IMG/VR virus record: IMGVR_UViG_3300035208_001913
Coordinates: 1-64,000 of that record
DNA: 64,000 bases
Reading direction: 5' to 3' (one strand)
DNA from: a virus
Taxonomy: Duplodnaviria > Caudoviricetes
Under the pieces are notes generated by a model. It worked only from the letters and a program-made list of their open reading frames with translations, searched no databases and had not been told where the DNA came from. This document shows, one piece after another, positions 30,819 through 42,079 of the stretch. The position numbers and the translations under genes were made by a program. How positions within the stretch are numbered: the stretch's first letter is position 1; every line of letters begins with the position of its first letter.

Positions 30819-33800
30819 TTATGAATGTGATATTCTAAATTGTGTTATTATATTCCTTAACTCCATTCTAAGATTATTCTTATAATAAAGTGTAATCTTT
30901 AACCATTCTCCTTTCATCTGTGAACCTATACTATAATCAACATCTGTTGTTGCTGTAGCATCTTTTACCGGGAACATCCATTTACCTTCTTTATAAACAG
31001 GTGTTATCCAGAAACTTGCTGTCTCTGTTCCAAAATTATGTAATGATGATTGATATTTAGTTTCATATTCTATTTTTTCAAAATCTGTTTTCTGACTATC
31101 AATAGATATTGCATCATATTGTTTTATTAAAGATACATAGTTTTCTTGTTCACTTACCATTCCATTAACTACAATACTTATTATAGCCTCGACATCTGTA
31201 CCATATAATTCTAAATCACTTCCTTCTATATTATGCAAATATAAATCAATTTGTGAAGTATTTTGAAAACAAGAATAAAAATCATCATTGAGAGTAAAAT
31301 AAAATGTAGGTTTAAAATAATACTCACAAGTGAACATATTTAATTTTTCATTAAATACTAATGTCCTGTATAGTTTTATTCTTTTATCATTAGGGTCAAA
31401 TTTAATAAATGTTATAAGTATCTCTGCATTCTTTCTATCAAATCCTGAAACAATACCTTCTCTGAAAGCGGGGTTATCATTAAATGATATTAAGGCATCT
31501 GAATAAGAACTTATATCTTTTCTAATATCTGCTAACCATTTCTTGTTCAACATTTCATCTAAGATATTAGTAGATTGTAAACTTGTTTTACCTATACCCG
31601 ATACAGCTCCTGTTATTCGCCATATAATAGTTCTTTTTAAATCAACACCATAAACTGCATTATCCGATTGAACTATACTCCATTGATGTTGTGAACCATA
31701 TTCAGCAATAGGTTTTACATTTTCTGATAATAACTGATTGTCTCCTAATACTATTTCCTGTGAAGCAGTGTCAGCATCTTGTAAAATCTTTCTTTCTCCG
31801 ATATAATGTTGATTAATACAATCACGTTGAATAGAATATAAGTATCCATGGAGTACACCTATTTTATTAATTTCTCCATATCTTATATCATAATCTTTAA
31901 AAGAGTTAACATTTATAATTCTATATTTATCTTCAAAAGAATATGGATGATGTTGCTCACTATAATATATTGCTGTTGGTTTCTTTGTAATATAAGCAGG
32001 TAAATAAGGATCATAAAGATAATGAGGAATTACCGACAATATTTTGTCATAACCTCTATTAAAATAAAATTCTTCATCACCATTCATTAGGTTTCTACTT
32101 GTTATAACATGTGCTAATGAATTAGGTTGCTTAGGATAGTATATATCATTTGGAGTATTAAAACGCATAGCAGCATTAATAGCATTCTCTGTAACAAGTC
32201 CTAATAGAACTCCATGTCCATAAGGAATAGGCTCTATACCAGTATTACTAAAAAATTGTGTAGTCGTATCAGAGGCAAGGGCATATGACTGAGCATACCA
32301 TGACATATTATATCCCATTTGTTTTATAAATACCATTTGCAGAAAACAATCTCCATTAAAAACATTAATATTTGTTGCTAATGTATCTATATCAAAAATA
32401 TCTGAAATTTGATAATATTCTCTATTAATATTATAATGAGAAACAATATTATATCCGGCTTCTTTAGGATTTCTTTTATATAAATTTACTATAGAATTAT
32501 TATAATCCCATACTCTATCTCCTTTTAATGGATCCATAGTATGTTCATTATTTGTTGTCTCTATAGCTAAATATCTTGACGTAGCACAATCTCTTATTGT
32601 ATGTCTATCACTTGAATCATTATTCCATATAATACTATTCCCATCATTACTATCTAAAGAATAAGCGTCTCTTGTATAAGAAATATATTTTCCATTAATT
32701 TTATTTATAGGTCCCGTATTCTTTGGGACATCGTAAACATCAGAAGTAAATAATTCAGATTTTTTTGTATATGCTGTTCCATGATAATCATCTTCTGATA
32801 AGTTCTTCATTTTATATACCCAATAAGAAGGTCTAACAAAGTGACTATTATGTTCTGTATCTAATTCTTCCATACCTACTTTACCCAATTCCTGTATAAA
32901 TGAAACATCTATTCTTTTATCAGGATTAGCAATATAGTCAATACCAAAAAATCCATAACTATTTTTAATAGCGAACATTCTATTCTCATCCATATAACGT
33001 TGATCGGGATGCGTTTTATCAGTATCCATTATAGGATAGTTCCTATACATTAATGGAATCTGAGCAACAGTATCTTTCTTATTATCTGCTATATCTCCTG
33101 CATTTTGACCATTAAAAATTAGTTCTGTACTTGAACCTGTAACCTTATTAAATATTAATGCCGGTATATTATCGGCAATGTCATATCTTTGAGAAAAAGG
33201 TAAATCAACAGTATTAATAACAGTTCCACATTGACTTATCATTAGTCCTTGATATAATAGATTTTCATGTCTTTCTGTTCTGGTAAAATAGACTCCTGCT
33301 ACATTATTCTTTATCCATGTTCCTTCTACAGTTGTATTTAAAAATGTTAAGGAATCACCCATATCAAATTTAGCTCCCATTAAATTTATCCACTTATCTA
33401 CAGTATAAAGATGTACTTTTTCTCTACTTGGAAATCTAAATATTCCTTTGTTATTAGTTAATGTACTTAAAGGATTTAGGTATTCATTATTGATTTGTGA
33501 AATTAATAAATCATAAGCATCTAATCCTCTCACAGGATAAGATAATGATTTATAACCATCTTTAAAAACAAATACAATAGCAAATGAATATGCTTCTCCT
33601 CTAAAATAACCTACATTATCATAAATTAATTTATAATTTTTATATTGTTTATTATGAAAACTATTATTAATAACATCTGTATCTGCATCTATGTTTAAGT
33701 TAAAAGCAGAAATTTTTATTTTCTGAGCAAAATCTACTAATGCTACATTATGTCTTTGTATTCCACTCCAATTAGCACCATAGAATACATTTCCAAAATG

Positions 33801-34877
33801 AGTTATATCCTTACATGTTCTTAGATAACCAGTCTGTTTAAGGATATCCGATATATCAGCACCTTCTTCTCCTAAGTGATCAGTATGTGTTATTATTTGC
33901 CAACTATTTCCAGTTATTGGAACTTGTTGACTTAATTTATTCTCTTCTATTAATATATTATTTGTATAATCAGAATAATATCTTGTATAATAAATCTCTA
34001 TATAAGCATAGTTAGTATCAATATTATCTAATCGTATAGTTACTTGTTTGGTAGATACTGAACCTCCATAACCACCTTGTACTGTAGGACTATCCCCTGA
34101 ATTCCCATCATATACTTGACAAGCTCTACTCTGTGCTATTATATTTGTAGGTGTTAAGTTTATATCTAAATAACGGAAAAAATAGATATACATTCCATAT
34201 TTTAGTCCTCCTCCATTTTCTATTAAATCTATTTCTGGATTTAAAAGTCCATTGTTACCCGGTATAAGACTTACACTATTAGGGAAACTATCATTCCATA
34301 CATACCGATTATTAAGTCCTCCATTCTGCAATATGCCAGTATTTATTGCTTTTATTGGTTCATTAAAGTCTGTAAAAAATAAAGTATAACTATCATCATA
34401 ATCTAATCTCGCAAACATACTTATCTGCTTAAAAGGATAGATATTAAGTAATGCAGTATTAAATACTAATCTCTGTGTAATAGGGTCAAAGTTAATATCA
34501 GTAGGTTTATGTGTTCCGGTAAAATTTACTAATGGTTTATATATTCTTTCCCATCCACCTCCCGAATTAGGAACTACTGGATTTATAGTATAACTTTTAG
34601 GTGAAGGATAACATCCTATTTCACCAGTACCACTTCCTGTTGAATCAGCACTTATTATAAAAGCAACTCCATTTATCTCACATACTCCTATAATGATATA
34701 TCCTGTTGTTATTTGACTTTCTTTCTGATTAGATGATAATGATGTACAAATAAATCCTTGTCCATCCTGATTAAAGAAACGTACATTTGCAGTAGGAAAA
34801 ACCCAATTTGCAGGACTAACTTTAGAATTATCTAAATCAGATATTACTCCCTTATGAAATTGATTTATTTGCTTCAT
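30819..34877 (-). CDS. Tail stabilisation/muzzle protein (P22 gp10-like)
   Basis: 1352 aa; N-terminal FHKGVISDLD...ANVR, GYFRGEAYSFAIVF, YGSQHQWS, C-terminal MKGEWLKITL; typical size and position. Confidence 0.8.
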   Translation of the reverse strand: MKQINQFHKGVISDLDNSKVSPANWVFPTANVRFFNQDGQGFICTSLSSNQKESQITTGYIIIGVCEINGVAFIISADSTGSGTGEIGCYPSPKSYTINPVVPNSGGGWERIYKPLVNFTGTHKPTDINFDPITQRLVFNTALLNIYPFKQISMFARLDYDDSYTLFFTDFNEPIKAINTGILQNGGLNNRYVWNDSFPNSVSLIPGNNGLLNPEIDLIENGGGLKYGMYIYFFRYLDINLTPTNIIAQSRACQVYDGNSGDSPTVQGGYGGSVSTKQVTIRLDNIDTNYAYIEIYYTRYYSDYTNNILIEENKLSQQVPITGNSWQIITHTDHLGEEGADISDILKQTGYLRTCKDITHFGNVFYGANWSGIQRHNVALVDFAQKIKISAFNLNIDADTDVINNSFHNKQYKNYKLIYDNVGYFRGEAYSFAIVFVFKDGYKSLSYPVRGLDAYDLLISQINNEYLNPLSTLTNNKGIFRFPSREKVHLYTVDKWINLMGAKFDMGDSLTFLNTTVEGTWIKNNVAGVYFTRTERHENLLYQGLMISQCGTVINTVDLPFSQRYDIADNIPALIFNKVTGSSTELIFNGQNAGDIADNKKDTVAQIPLMYRNYPIMDTDKTHPDQRYMDENRMFAIKNSYGFFGIDYIANPDKRIDVSFIQELGKVGMEELDTEHNSHFVRPSYWVYKMKNLSEDDYHGTAYTKKSELFTSDVYDVPKNTGPINKINGKYISYTRDAYSLDSNDGNSIIWNNDSSDRHTIRDCATSRYLAIETTNNEHTMDPLKGDRVWDYNNSIVNLYKRNPKEAGYNIVSHYNINREYYQISDIFDIDTLATNINVFNGDCFLQMVFIKQMGYNMSWYAQSYALASDTTTQFFSNTGIEPIPYGHGVLLGLVTENAINAAMRFNTPNDIYYPKQPNSLAHVITSRNLMNGDEEFYFNRGYDKILSVIPHYLYDPYLPAYITKKPTAIYYSEQHHPYSFEDKYRIINVNSFKDYDIRYGEINKIGVLHGYLYSIQRDCINQHYIGERKILQDADTASQEIVLGDNQLLSENVKPIAEYGSQHQWSIVQSDNAVYGVDLKRTIIWRITGAVSGIGKTSLQSTNILDEMLNKKWLADIRKDISSYSDALISFNDNPAFREGIVSGFDRKNAEILITFIKFDPNDKRIKLYRTLVFNEKLNMFTCEYYFKPTFYFTLNDDFYSCFQNTSQIDLYLHNIEGSDLELYGTDVEAIISIVVNGMVSEQENYVSLIKQYDAISIDSQKTDFEKIEYETKYQSSLHNFGTETASFWITPVYKEGKWMFPVKDATATTDVDYSIGSQMKGEWLKITLYYKNNLRMELRNIITQFRISHS

Positions 34878-34879
34878 TT

Positions 34880-35503
34880 TTATTCTCCTAATCCTTGATG
34901 ATATAAATTACCTCCTAATAATGAAGGTTGTATATTGTTGATTATAGTTTTAATATTCAATAGTCTTTTTCTGTCTATATTTCTAAATCCATTTTTACAG
35001 GCGTCTATTTGTAAACTTTTCTGTTGATCTATATATCCCCATTTAGTATTATCTATCTCTCCCTTCAACCATCCTTCATAATTTAATTTCCAGATACAAA
35101 AAGCCTCACAAGCCTGCTCATGTCCTTGCTTTATTAATGGATATCCTGTTTCTTCATCTATTGTAATACCAAAATAATTAATATATACTGTTGTTTCAGT
35201 CATATCACTATTAAAGTTAAGATATGCTCCATTATTATAATATGATATTCTTGAAGTAGGATCTGTTTCAGATGTATAAACATCTAATATCCTATAAAGG
35301 TTACATGGTACCGGAGTTTGTAAATTAGTTACTGTTAAAGGTACTTTAAGATAAGTTGTCATTGATTCTATATCACCACACCATTCTGTTTCACATTCAG
35401 CACACCACGCTATAATATCACTCTCCTGTATAATCTTACTTGGAAATAGTTTTGTTAACCTATCAAAAATATCTCCGTATGTTGTGTATTTGCTATTATC
35501 CAT
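34880..35503 (-). CDS. Tail ring / tubular protein (P22 gp4-like)
   Basis: 207 aa; VPCNLYRI, VYINYFG...DEETGYPLI pattern; directly upstream of the muzzle gene. Confidence 0.65.
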   Translation of the reverse strand: MDNSKYTTYGDIFDRLTKLFPSKIIQESDIIAWCAECETEWCGDIESMTTYLKVPLTVTNLQTPVPCNLYRILDVYTSETDPTSRISYYNNGAYLNFNSDMTETTVYINYFGITIDEETGYPLIKQGHEQACEAFCIWKLNYEGWLKGEIDNTKWGYIDQQKSLQIDACKNGFRNIDRKRLLNIKTIINNIQPSLLGGNLYHQGLGE

Positions 35504-36155
35504 TTTGTAAAGCTATGAAATTATTACTATAACTTGTATTAGTTTCTTTAATATATTTTTTAAGTATCTTATGATATTTACTTGATAATATGCATTTATA
35601 CCATAAACTCTTTTTAAATCTTTTGGACTTATTTTCTCCAAAATTAAATTCTGTTACTACTTTATGATAAAATACTTTTTCCTTACGTTTCTCCGGACAC
35701 CCTATTCTTACCACATGTCGTATAGGATTCTTATCTCCAAATTTTAAATGTTCTTTAAAGAAAAACTTTCCTAAGAATTTCTCTATGAACCCTATTTTTA
35801 AAAGAACATCTTTTGCTGCACCATTTGTAATTTCATATTCTATATGAAGTTCTATTAAATCTTTTATTAATAGTCTATAAAATATCTCCCAAACATCGGT
35901 CTTAAATCTTTTAGTTCTATTTTCTGTATCTATGTTATATTTAGTATTTGAAAAGAATTCTAACATATCTTTTTGCGTAACTCTCTTTGGTCTTATATAT
36001 TGCCAATATACTAATATCTTACCTCTTGTTTTTCTTCTTTTCTCTAAATATGCATTTTGCCTTTGTTTCTTTAATGATAATGGTTTATCCATATTATGCT
36101 GATGTTTTTTCTTGTTCTTCTGTATTTCTATATCCTGCAGCGTTAGTGCTTGCAA
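35496..36155 (-). CDS. Basic DNA-binding protein, possibly IHF/HU-like
   Basis: Very Lys/Arg-rich; helix-strand pattern IFYRLLIKDLIE...LKIG; IHF-like genes occur in the crAss tail block. Confidence 0.4.
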   Translation of the reverse strand: MQALTLQDIEIQKNKKKHQHNMDKPLSLKKQRQNAYLEKRRKTRGKILVYWQYIRPKRVTQKDMLEFFSNTKYNIDTENRTKRFKTDVWEIFYRLLIKDLIELHIEYEITNGAAKDVLLKIGFIEKFLGKFFFKEHLKFGDKNPIRHVVRIGCPEKRKEKVFYHKVVTEFNFGENKSKRFKKSLWYKCILSSKYHKILKKYIKETNTSYSNNFIALQNG

Positions 36156-36537
36156 AAAATCTTTTTTCTGATTCCATATAGTCTAAGTAAGCCTGAGAAT
36201 AATCTACTTTAAGAGTAGTATCTATACCTAATAACCTTTTAGTTTCTTTAACATAATCTACTATGTTATCGGAATACTTCTCATAAAGATAGTTTAACTT
36301 ATCTACATATTCTAAAGGATATGTTTCGTTATATTCTACTACTGCATCTTCGGGAATATCATAAGTAACACCATCTATTTCTATTTGATAATGTTTTTTT
36401 ACTTTATATTTATTCTTTACACCACAGTCAGTACATACTACTGCTTTCATTATAGTACCAGTATACTCATATTGTTCAAATCTTTTGAACCATACATCAT
36501 CTACTTCTATTGTATATGTGAAAAGTACTCTACTCAT
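36094..36537 (-). CDS. Hypothetical protein
   Basis: 147 aa ORF in operon context, one CxxC. Confidence 0.6.
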   Translation of the reverse strand: MSRVLFTYTIEVDDVWFKRFEQYEYTGTIMKAVVCTDCGVKNKYKVKKHYQIEIDGVTYDIPEDAVVEYNETYPLEYVDKLNYLYEKYSDNIVDYVKETKRLLGIDTTLKVDYSQAYLDYMESEKRFFASTNAAGYRNTEEQEKTSA

Positions 36538-36868
36538 AATATTTCCATGTTAAGATTAATACCCATGGTATAACAATAAATGGAGTAAAGATAGTATCAT
36601 ACTTTATCAGTAATACTATACTTACTACACATGATATATAGGGCGACATACAAATACTGCATAATCCTAATGGATGCAATATCCATCTTTTCCATCTGTC
36701 CTTTTTTCTCCAGTTCTTTATCCAATGATAAGTTAACCATAGGTAGTAACGTCGGAATATCATTCCTGGTTCCATTGTTATCTGTATCATCTTCACGATC
36801 CCAAAGGAAATAAATATTCCCATTAACGATACGACAACCTCTTTTACGACATCTAAGATTTGTAACAT
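36530..36868 (-). CDS. DUF1360-like membrane protein
   Basis: Hydrophobic helices around PLGLCSICMSPY (CxxC). Confidence 0.55.
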   Translation of the reverse strand: MLQILDVVKEVVVSLMGIFISFGIVKMIQITMEPGMIFRRYYLWLTYHWIKNWRKKDRWKRWILHPLGLCSICMSPYISCVVSIVLLIKYDTIFTPFIVIPWVLILTWKYYE

Positions 36869-36871
36869 TCA

Positions 36872-37543
36872 TTACCTTTTTCTTTGTTGTTGTTGACCAT
36901 CACTAGTTCCATCTCTTGCATCATTCTTTTCATCTCTTGGTATTCCATAAGTACTAAGAATATCCTGTTTTACTATCATCTCTAATTTATAAGGGTCGGG
37001 TACCGGATACATATCAGTACCTTCATCATAATCACATACATCTGCTGGGTTAGCAAATAATCCTATCATAGATACAAAACCTATAGGACATGAAAGATTA
37101 CGTAATATAGCGGTATCAATACTTATAACACTATATATCGTATCATTCTTAGTCCATTTAGAGAATTTACTTGCTAATAAACCTGCTAAACTCTTTCGAG
37201 TAAAATTCTTATTTAAATCTAAGGTTCCTAAATATTTAATGTTTATCCATCCTACTCTTGTTAACAAAGCAGGAAGGGTAACATATATTTCATTAATCCC
37301 TGTATCTTCACATTCTACTTCACATGACTTATTACTATCTAATTTTACCTCTATACATTCTGTACGTTGGTAGTATAAATCATCTACTGATTTCTTTTTT
37401 TCAAATTCATCATTAATTAGTATTGCACGTACATCATTAATTTTATCGGCTATAAACTCATTATCAAGTTTACTATCATCTATGATATTATAATTAGATA
37501 ATGCTAATTTAATCGAATCTATAATTGCGGGTAGTGTTTTCAA
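36872..37543 (-). CDS. Tail ring protein
   Basis: 223 aa, TTG start; DDSKL...I...INDVRAILI, GLFANP, YPVP, D.KNDA motifs of crAss ring proteins. Confidence 0.7.
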   Translation of the reverse strand: MKTLPAIIDSIKLALSNYNIIDDSKLDNEFIADKINDVRAILINDEFEKKKSVDDLYYQRTECIEVKLDSNKSCEVECEDTGINEIYVTLPALLTRVGWINIKYLGTLDLNKNFTRKSLAGLLASKFSKWTKNDTIYSVISIDTAILRNLSCPIGFVSMIGLFANPADVCDYDEGTDMYPVPDPYKLEMIVKQDILSTYGIPRDEKNDARDGTSDGQQQQRKR

Positions 37544-37559
37544 TAGTTTAAATTTTAAT

Positions 37560-37567
37560 CAAAAATA
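37560..37567 (-). promoter_or_regulatory. Bacteroidota-type -7 promoter element (TATTTTTG)
   Basis: TAnnTTTG between the terminator and the next gene start. Confidence 0.5.
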
Positions 37568-37600
37568 CAACAATAATTAATAATATAAAAAAATATTATT

Positions 37601-37630
37601 AAAAAAGGGAGTTGCACAATTACAACCCCC
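37601..37630 (-). terminator. Rho-independent terminator ending the capsid operon
   Basis: Minus strand GGGGGTTGTA-ATTG-TGCAACTCCC followed by T6. Confidence 0.85.
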
Positions 37631-37662
37631 TCTTTCAACATCAACTGAATTAAAAATAAATA

Positions 37663-38880
37663 TTAGTATGGAAGTGCTGCTACATCATCAGCCCAACCGG
37701 TTGCTGTACCATTCCAATATTCAGTAAGTTCATTAAAATCTTTATCATAACCACCTGCTGTTGACATGTAGTCTGTTGAGAGGAATTTATTAGTAGTAAC
37801 ATCAACTAATTCACTTTCTCTGAAATAGAGTTCTACTTCTGATAAGAATGAATTTGCATGACTGGCTCCTACCAAATCATAATGGTCTAACTTATTGATA
37901 ATGGTAACTTTTACAAAGTTAGCATCTACAGGTTCATTACTCCTTGTCATTGCTGCTAACCATCCATTATTAGGTATATGACTGAATGTTTGGAATACTT
38001 CATCAGAAGTTAATTGAGAATAACGGTTTTTCTGTACTTCCAAGAAGTTAGTACCCCAGAATGGATCCATCTCTACTGAAAATGTTACATCAGTATATTT
38101 TGCAATAAGACCAATATAAATTTCAGTATTTGTATTTGCTATAGTACCTGCAGTATTTGTAAATGTTAATGTATTTCCAAAATTAACATCTTCATGTGCA
38201 ATAATTACTATAGACGTTGCAACTGTAGGATGTTGATACGCATATGCTGTAGTTCCTGCATTAATATTAGCAATAAAACCTGCAATAGTACCTGATGCGG
38301 CAACTATATGTTGACTTGTTAAACCTGCATTAAGTGTCATAGCTGAAGCAGCATTCCATGAATCTAAGATTAACGATTTACCTGCTTTTACTATTGTTCC
38401 GGGTTGTTCATAAGGAAACGCAGGTTTGTAACCCAAATCTTTATTAATCTGCTCAATGATAGTTTCTTTCATTGTCAATATCTGAGCAAGAGAAATAAGA
38501 TGATCATTTGGTGCTGCCTGTGATACTGGTTTTGTAATAAGTCCTGAATAAGGAGTCATTTTATGATAATAATCACTGTTATCTACTCCTGGTTTCTTAA
38601 CTGATTTTCTTATTGACAAACCATAGTCATAGTTACATTCTACGCATGGCATATTTCCAGTAAGCGAAACTAACTGTACTTTAGGCAACCATGAAGTAGT
38701 ATGACTAACATATACTTTTGTTACACCTGATATAAAAGGAATACTATATCCATGGTCTTTTAATACTAATACTTTTTTTGCTAACATAGTATCATAATAT
38801 GCACCAATTGCTGAAGAATCAATAACATTAAATAATACTTTTTTTGAGGGTTGGGATAAATTCCCGCCTTGTGCTGACAT
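37663..38880 (-). CDS. Auxiliary capsid / structural protein
   Basis: 405 aa, Ala/Thr-rich, last gene of the capsid operon before a terminator. Confidence 0.55.
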   Translation of the reverse strand: MSAQGGNLSQPSKKVLFNVIDSSAIGAYYDTMLAKKVLVLKDHGYSIPFISGVTKVYVSHTTSWLPKVQLVSLTGNMPCVECNYDYGLSIRKSVKKPGVDNSDYYHKMTPYSGLITKPVSQAAPNDHLISLAQILTMKETIIEQINKDLGYKPAFPYEQPGTIVKAGKSLILDSWNAASAMTLNAGLTSQHIVAASGTIAGFIANINAGTTAYAYQHPTVATSIVIIAHEDVNFGNTLTFTNTAGTIANTNTEIYIGLIAKYTDVTFSVEMDPFWGTNFLEVQKNRYSQLTSDEVFQTFSHIPNNGWLAAMTRSNEPVDANFVKVTIINKLDHYDLVGASHANSFLSEVELYFRESELVDVTTNKFLSTDYMSTAGGYDKDFNELTEYWNGTATGWADDVAALPY

Positions 38881-38907
38881 AATTTTTTGTTTTTAAATTG
38901 TTTAAAC

Positions 38908-39552
38908 TTATTTCTTACCTACACGGAACATATCTTCCTGTAGATTGCTTTGATATCTTTCTTCTTTTACTCTTTCTAAATATGTCCGAACTGCTAAGTC
39001 CACTATTTCTTGACGTTGTAGTGCTCTTATCTCGCCCGGTACATCAGGAGGGCCTAAAGCTATTGCTGTAGGATATTTGATATACTCTATTCTCATACTA
39101 CTTGCAGTTGAAGATGTTCCTGTTATTAATTCTACAACATTACCAGTAATTTTATAGTATAACCTATTATCTTTAGGGTTACTATAATATGATAATGCTC
39201 CATAATTATCGGCTCTCATCGGTTTTGATTTAAGCCATCCAGAAACACCTGTCAATCCACAAATATTATTAACATAGGTTATCTTAAATTGTATGCCAAG
39301 AGTTTTCATCACAGCACTAGGATATGTAAACAAATTACCTGACGTTGGTGAAGATATTGCAATTACATGAATAGGTTGCAAATCTTCTATTATCTTCTGA
39401 TTAAATTCTGCCATATCAGCTTTATCTCTAACCCAGTTAAGATAACATTCATTGATAAGTAATACCCATTCTGTTGGGTTCAATACTGCCGTTGATTCTT
39501 TCTTAATCCCCGACAATGTCGCTGCATACATTTGTGTTGCGGTAGTTAACAT
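38908..39552 (-). CDS. Head-tail adaptor ring protein
   Basis: 214 aa; EDLQPI, IEYIKYP, QEIVDLAV motifs typical of crAss ring proteins. Confidence 0.7.
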   Translation of the reverse strand: MLTTATQMYAATLSGIKKESTAVLNPTEWVLLINECYLNWVRDKADMAEFNQKIIEDLQPIHVIAISSPTSGNLFTYPSAVMKTLGIQFKITYVNNICGLTGVSGWLKSKPMRADNYGALSYYSNPKDNRLYYKITGNVVELITGTSSTASSMRIEYIKYPTAIALGPPDVPGEIRALQRQEIVDLAVRTYLERVKEERYQSNLQEDMFRVGKK

Positions 39553-39554
39553 AA

Positions 39555-40562
39555 TTATCTAACTTTACTTAACATATAATCAATAACTTCTACTTCGGTA
39601 GCTAAATACTCCCATTCTGTTTTCTTATATTTCTTTGAACCACACATTTTCTTTAATTCCTCTAATGATAATTCCTTATATTGATTGCGTAATTCTTCCT
39701 GTGTTTTCAAACGTATCTTTTCTGTTAAATCAGTTTTACCTTCTTTTTCATTTGAAAGTGTTTTCCACTTTCCAACATACATTTGATTTTCAGGATTAGC
39801 CATGAATATCTTTACTCCTTTTACACCCTTACCAATAAACTTAGGACCATCATAGAAGTCGTCTCCTACTTTTTTTATAATTCCATATATTGAGGCTTTA
39901 AGAATAAATAATTCATCATTGCTTTCATCACCTTTACAAGTAAGTACTTCTTCGGGATGTTCTTTACATGCTTGATAAAGTTTAGCTCTTATCATTACTT
40001 CTGTCATTCCCTCTACGTTAATGTTAAAGGATTTAATTTTATAATTAAGTAATAAGGCTAATTCTTTATATCGCTCTATGGTACATTCTTCTCTTATAAA
40101 TTTGGTTGCATCATATATCATATCTTCTTTAGAAACAGTTTCTTTTGCTATTGATTCTACATCGTTGATATAAAAATAATCTGTACCATGACGTACTGTA
40201 TTTCTTGAACTTGCTACCATCCATGAATAATTTTTAAACATATTAAACTCAAAGAAGTCTTTGGGATTAACTGGTTTACCATCATTATCTTTGGTAACAT
40301 CAAATTTACGTCTATTCCATAAGGGATAGAGTCCATGAGGATTGATAACATAAGGGAACTTATCTCTTTTGATATCCGAAAGAGGAATCTTACCCAGCAT
40401 TTCATCGAGGGTAAGATTTCCTTTCGTTTTTTCATCAGAAGAATCTATGTGTTGACCTGTAAGCCATGTTCCTATTTTCGAGTCCTCCATAGGTCTGAAT
40501 GGATATGGAGTTTCCATATACCTTTTATCTATTGCTATTATCTCTATAACTTGTTTCTTCAT
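39555..40562 (-). CDS. Hypothetical protein of the capsid operon
   Basis: 335 aa ORF directly downstream of the MCP. Confidence 0.7.
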   Translation of the reverse strand: MKKQVIEIIAIDKRYMETPYPFRPMEDSKIGTWLTGQHIDSSDEKTKGNLTLDEMLGKIPLSDIKRDKFPYVINPHGLYPLWNRRKFDVTKDNDGKPVNPKDFFEFNMFKNYSWMVASSRNTVRHGTDYFYINDVESIAKETVSKEDMIYDATKFIREECTIERYKELALLLNYKIKSFNINVEGMTEVMIRAKLYQACKEHPEEVLTCKGDESNDELFILKASIYGIIKKVGDDFYDGPKFIGKGVKGVKIFMANPENQMYVGKWKTLSNEKEGKTDLTEKIRLKTQEELRNQYKELSLEELKKMCGSKKYKKTEWEYLATEVEVIDYMLSKVR

Positions 40563-40586
40563 CTTTATTTTTTATTAAATTAATAA

Positions 40587-42059
40587 TTAGGACTGTGCCG
40601 GTACATAATATACAGGGTTAGCATTTGTAGGAACAGGTTTGAAAATTCTTGAAACCTTATTTCTACAGATAACACCTGATTGGAAAAGTAAATGTTTGTG
40701 ACTACCATCAATTGAAGAAGCAATATCTCCACCTGCATCAATACCTTTAACGGTACCAGACTTAACACCTCTGAGTGTCATCATTTCAATACCATTATTG
40801 CCATTATCATCAACACCCAAAGGTACGATGATTGCATCATGAGAAGAACGTCTTGTTCCATCAGGTAAGTCAATACTTGGACGTTGCATTGTATCGAAGT
40901 AACGGTAACGGATAAATTTAAGCCTAACACCATCAATTTCATAGTATTCATAAGAGTTGTTTACGCCCTTACTTGCACCACTACCTTCAACGTTGTTATT
41001 CATAGTTGTGAAACCAGCTTCTCTTAATACTCTACTAAAGTTAGATATTGCTTGTTTTCCACCCATTACTACAGCTTCAATAAGTCCATCTTTACCACGT
41101 CTTAAATCAATGTCTGACATGATACCTTCAATGAAGTTCATATTCCATACACTTACAGGATATTCAAAAGCACCTTCACCTTGGTACATGATACCATCAC
41201 CGGCCATTACTTCACGACCTTTAGTATCTTTCATTAAGATGTTACCATCTTCATCAACAGTACCTTGTCCAAATACCATAGCATATTCATGATATTCAGC
41301 TGCTCTTTTCATCATAAGATAATCAGCATGTGATAAGAATGATTTTTCACCATTATGAATAGTCCATTTCATTCCTTCTTTCATTGCTGCTGCTGTACCT
41401 GACCATGAGTGTTTGAAACGTTGTAATGTCATGTATGAACGACCCCATCCATCAAAAGTGTATTTCTCACCTGCTGTTTCAGAGAAATCGTGTTCGTACA
41501 TTGTCATTACTGGAGTGCATTCCATTCCTTCTTGTAAAAGAATAGGATCACAATAGGTAGCTTTAATTTTGGTAACAACTTTTACTCTGTATTTAAACGA
41601 ACCATTATATTCTTCTGGAACTTGGTCGTCTATAATATAAAGTAATGTTCTGTTATCAGCTAATTCTAAAGTTTCTTTTGGTATAGCCCAATTTGAATCT
41701 AAGTAAACATAGAATTCGGTCTGGTCTTTACCGGGAGTTGTTGGATAAGCATCGGAAGCATAACAAGCACCATTTGAAAAGACACCTACGAAACGCATCT
41801 TTCTTTTATTGGTATTTGCTATAGGATACATTACCACATTTGATTTTGTAACTTTGTATTGTCCGTTTGCTAATCCTTCATAAAGTCCTTTAGCTTTCAA
41901 ACCTTTTATTTCTAAAAAGTCTGTAAGTGGTGCTTCTTCGGGAAACAAACGATAAACGGTTGTAATCATATCGGGGTCAACTACTGCTGCCCTCATTAAG
42001 TTATAGCTACTAATACTTTCATTGGCTATATCTTTAGGTTGTCCTGGGAGTAATCTCAT
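40587..42059 (-). CDS. Major capsid protein
   Basis: 490 aa; size, position and motifs (MTLQRFKHSWSG, GREVMAGDGIMYQ, YEIDG...FD) fit crAss-like MCP. Confidence 0.85.
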   Translation of the reverse strand: MRLLPGQPKDIANESISSYNLMRAAVVDPDMITTVYRLFPEEAPLTDFLEIKGLKAKGLYEGLANGQYKVTKSNVVMYPIANTNKRKMRFVGVFSNGACYASDAYPTTPGKDQTEFYVYLDSNWAIPKETLELADNRTLLYIIDDQVPEEYNGSFKYRVKVVTKIKATYCDPILLQEGMECTPVMTMYEHDFSETAGEKYTFDGWGRSYMTLQRFKHSWSGTAAAMKEGMKWTIHNGEKSFLSHADYLMMKRAAEYHEYAMVFGQGTVDEDGNILMKDTKGREVMAGDGIMYQGEGAFEYPVSVWNMNFIEGIMSDIDLRRGKDGLIEAVVMGGKQAISNFSRVLREAGFTTMNNNVEGSGASKGVNNSYEYYEIDGVRLKFIRYRYFDTMQRPSIDLPDGTRRSSHDAIIVPLGVDDNGNNGIEMMTLRGVKSGTVKGIDAGGDIASSIDGSHKHLLFQSGVICRNKVSRIFKPVPTNANPVYYVPAQS

Positions 42060-42079
42060 TTTAATTATTTTTTAAAGAT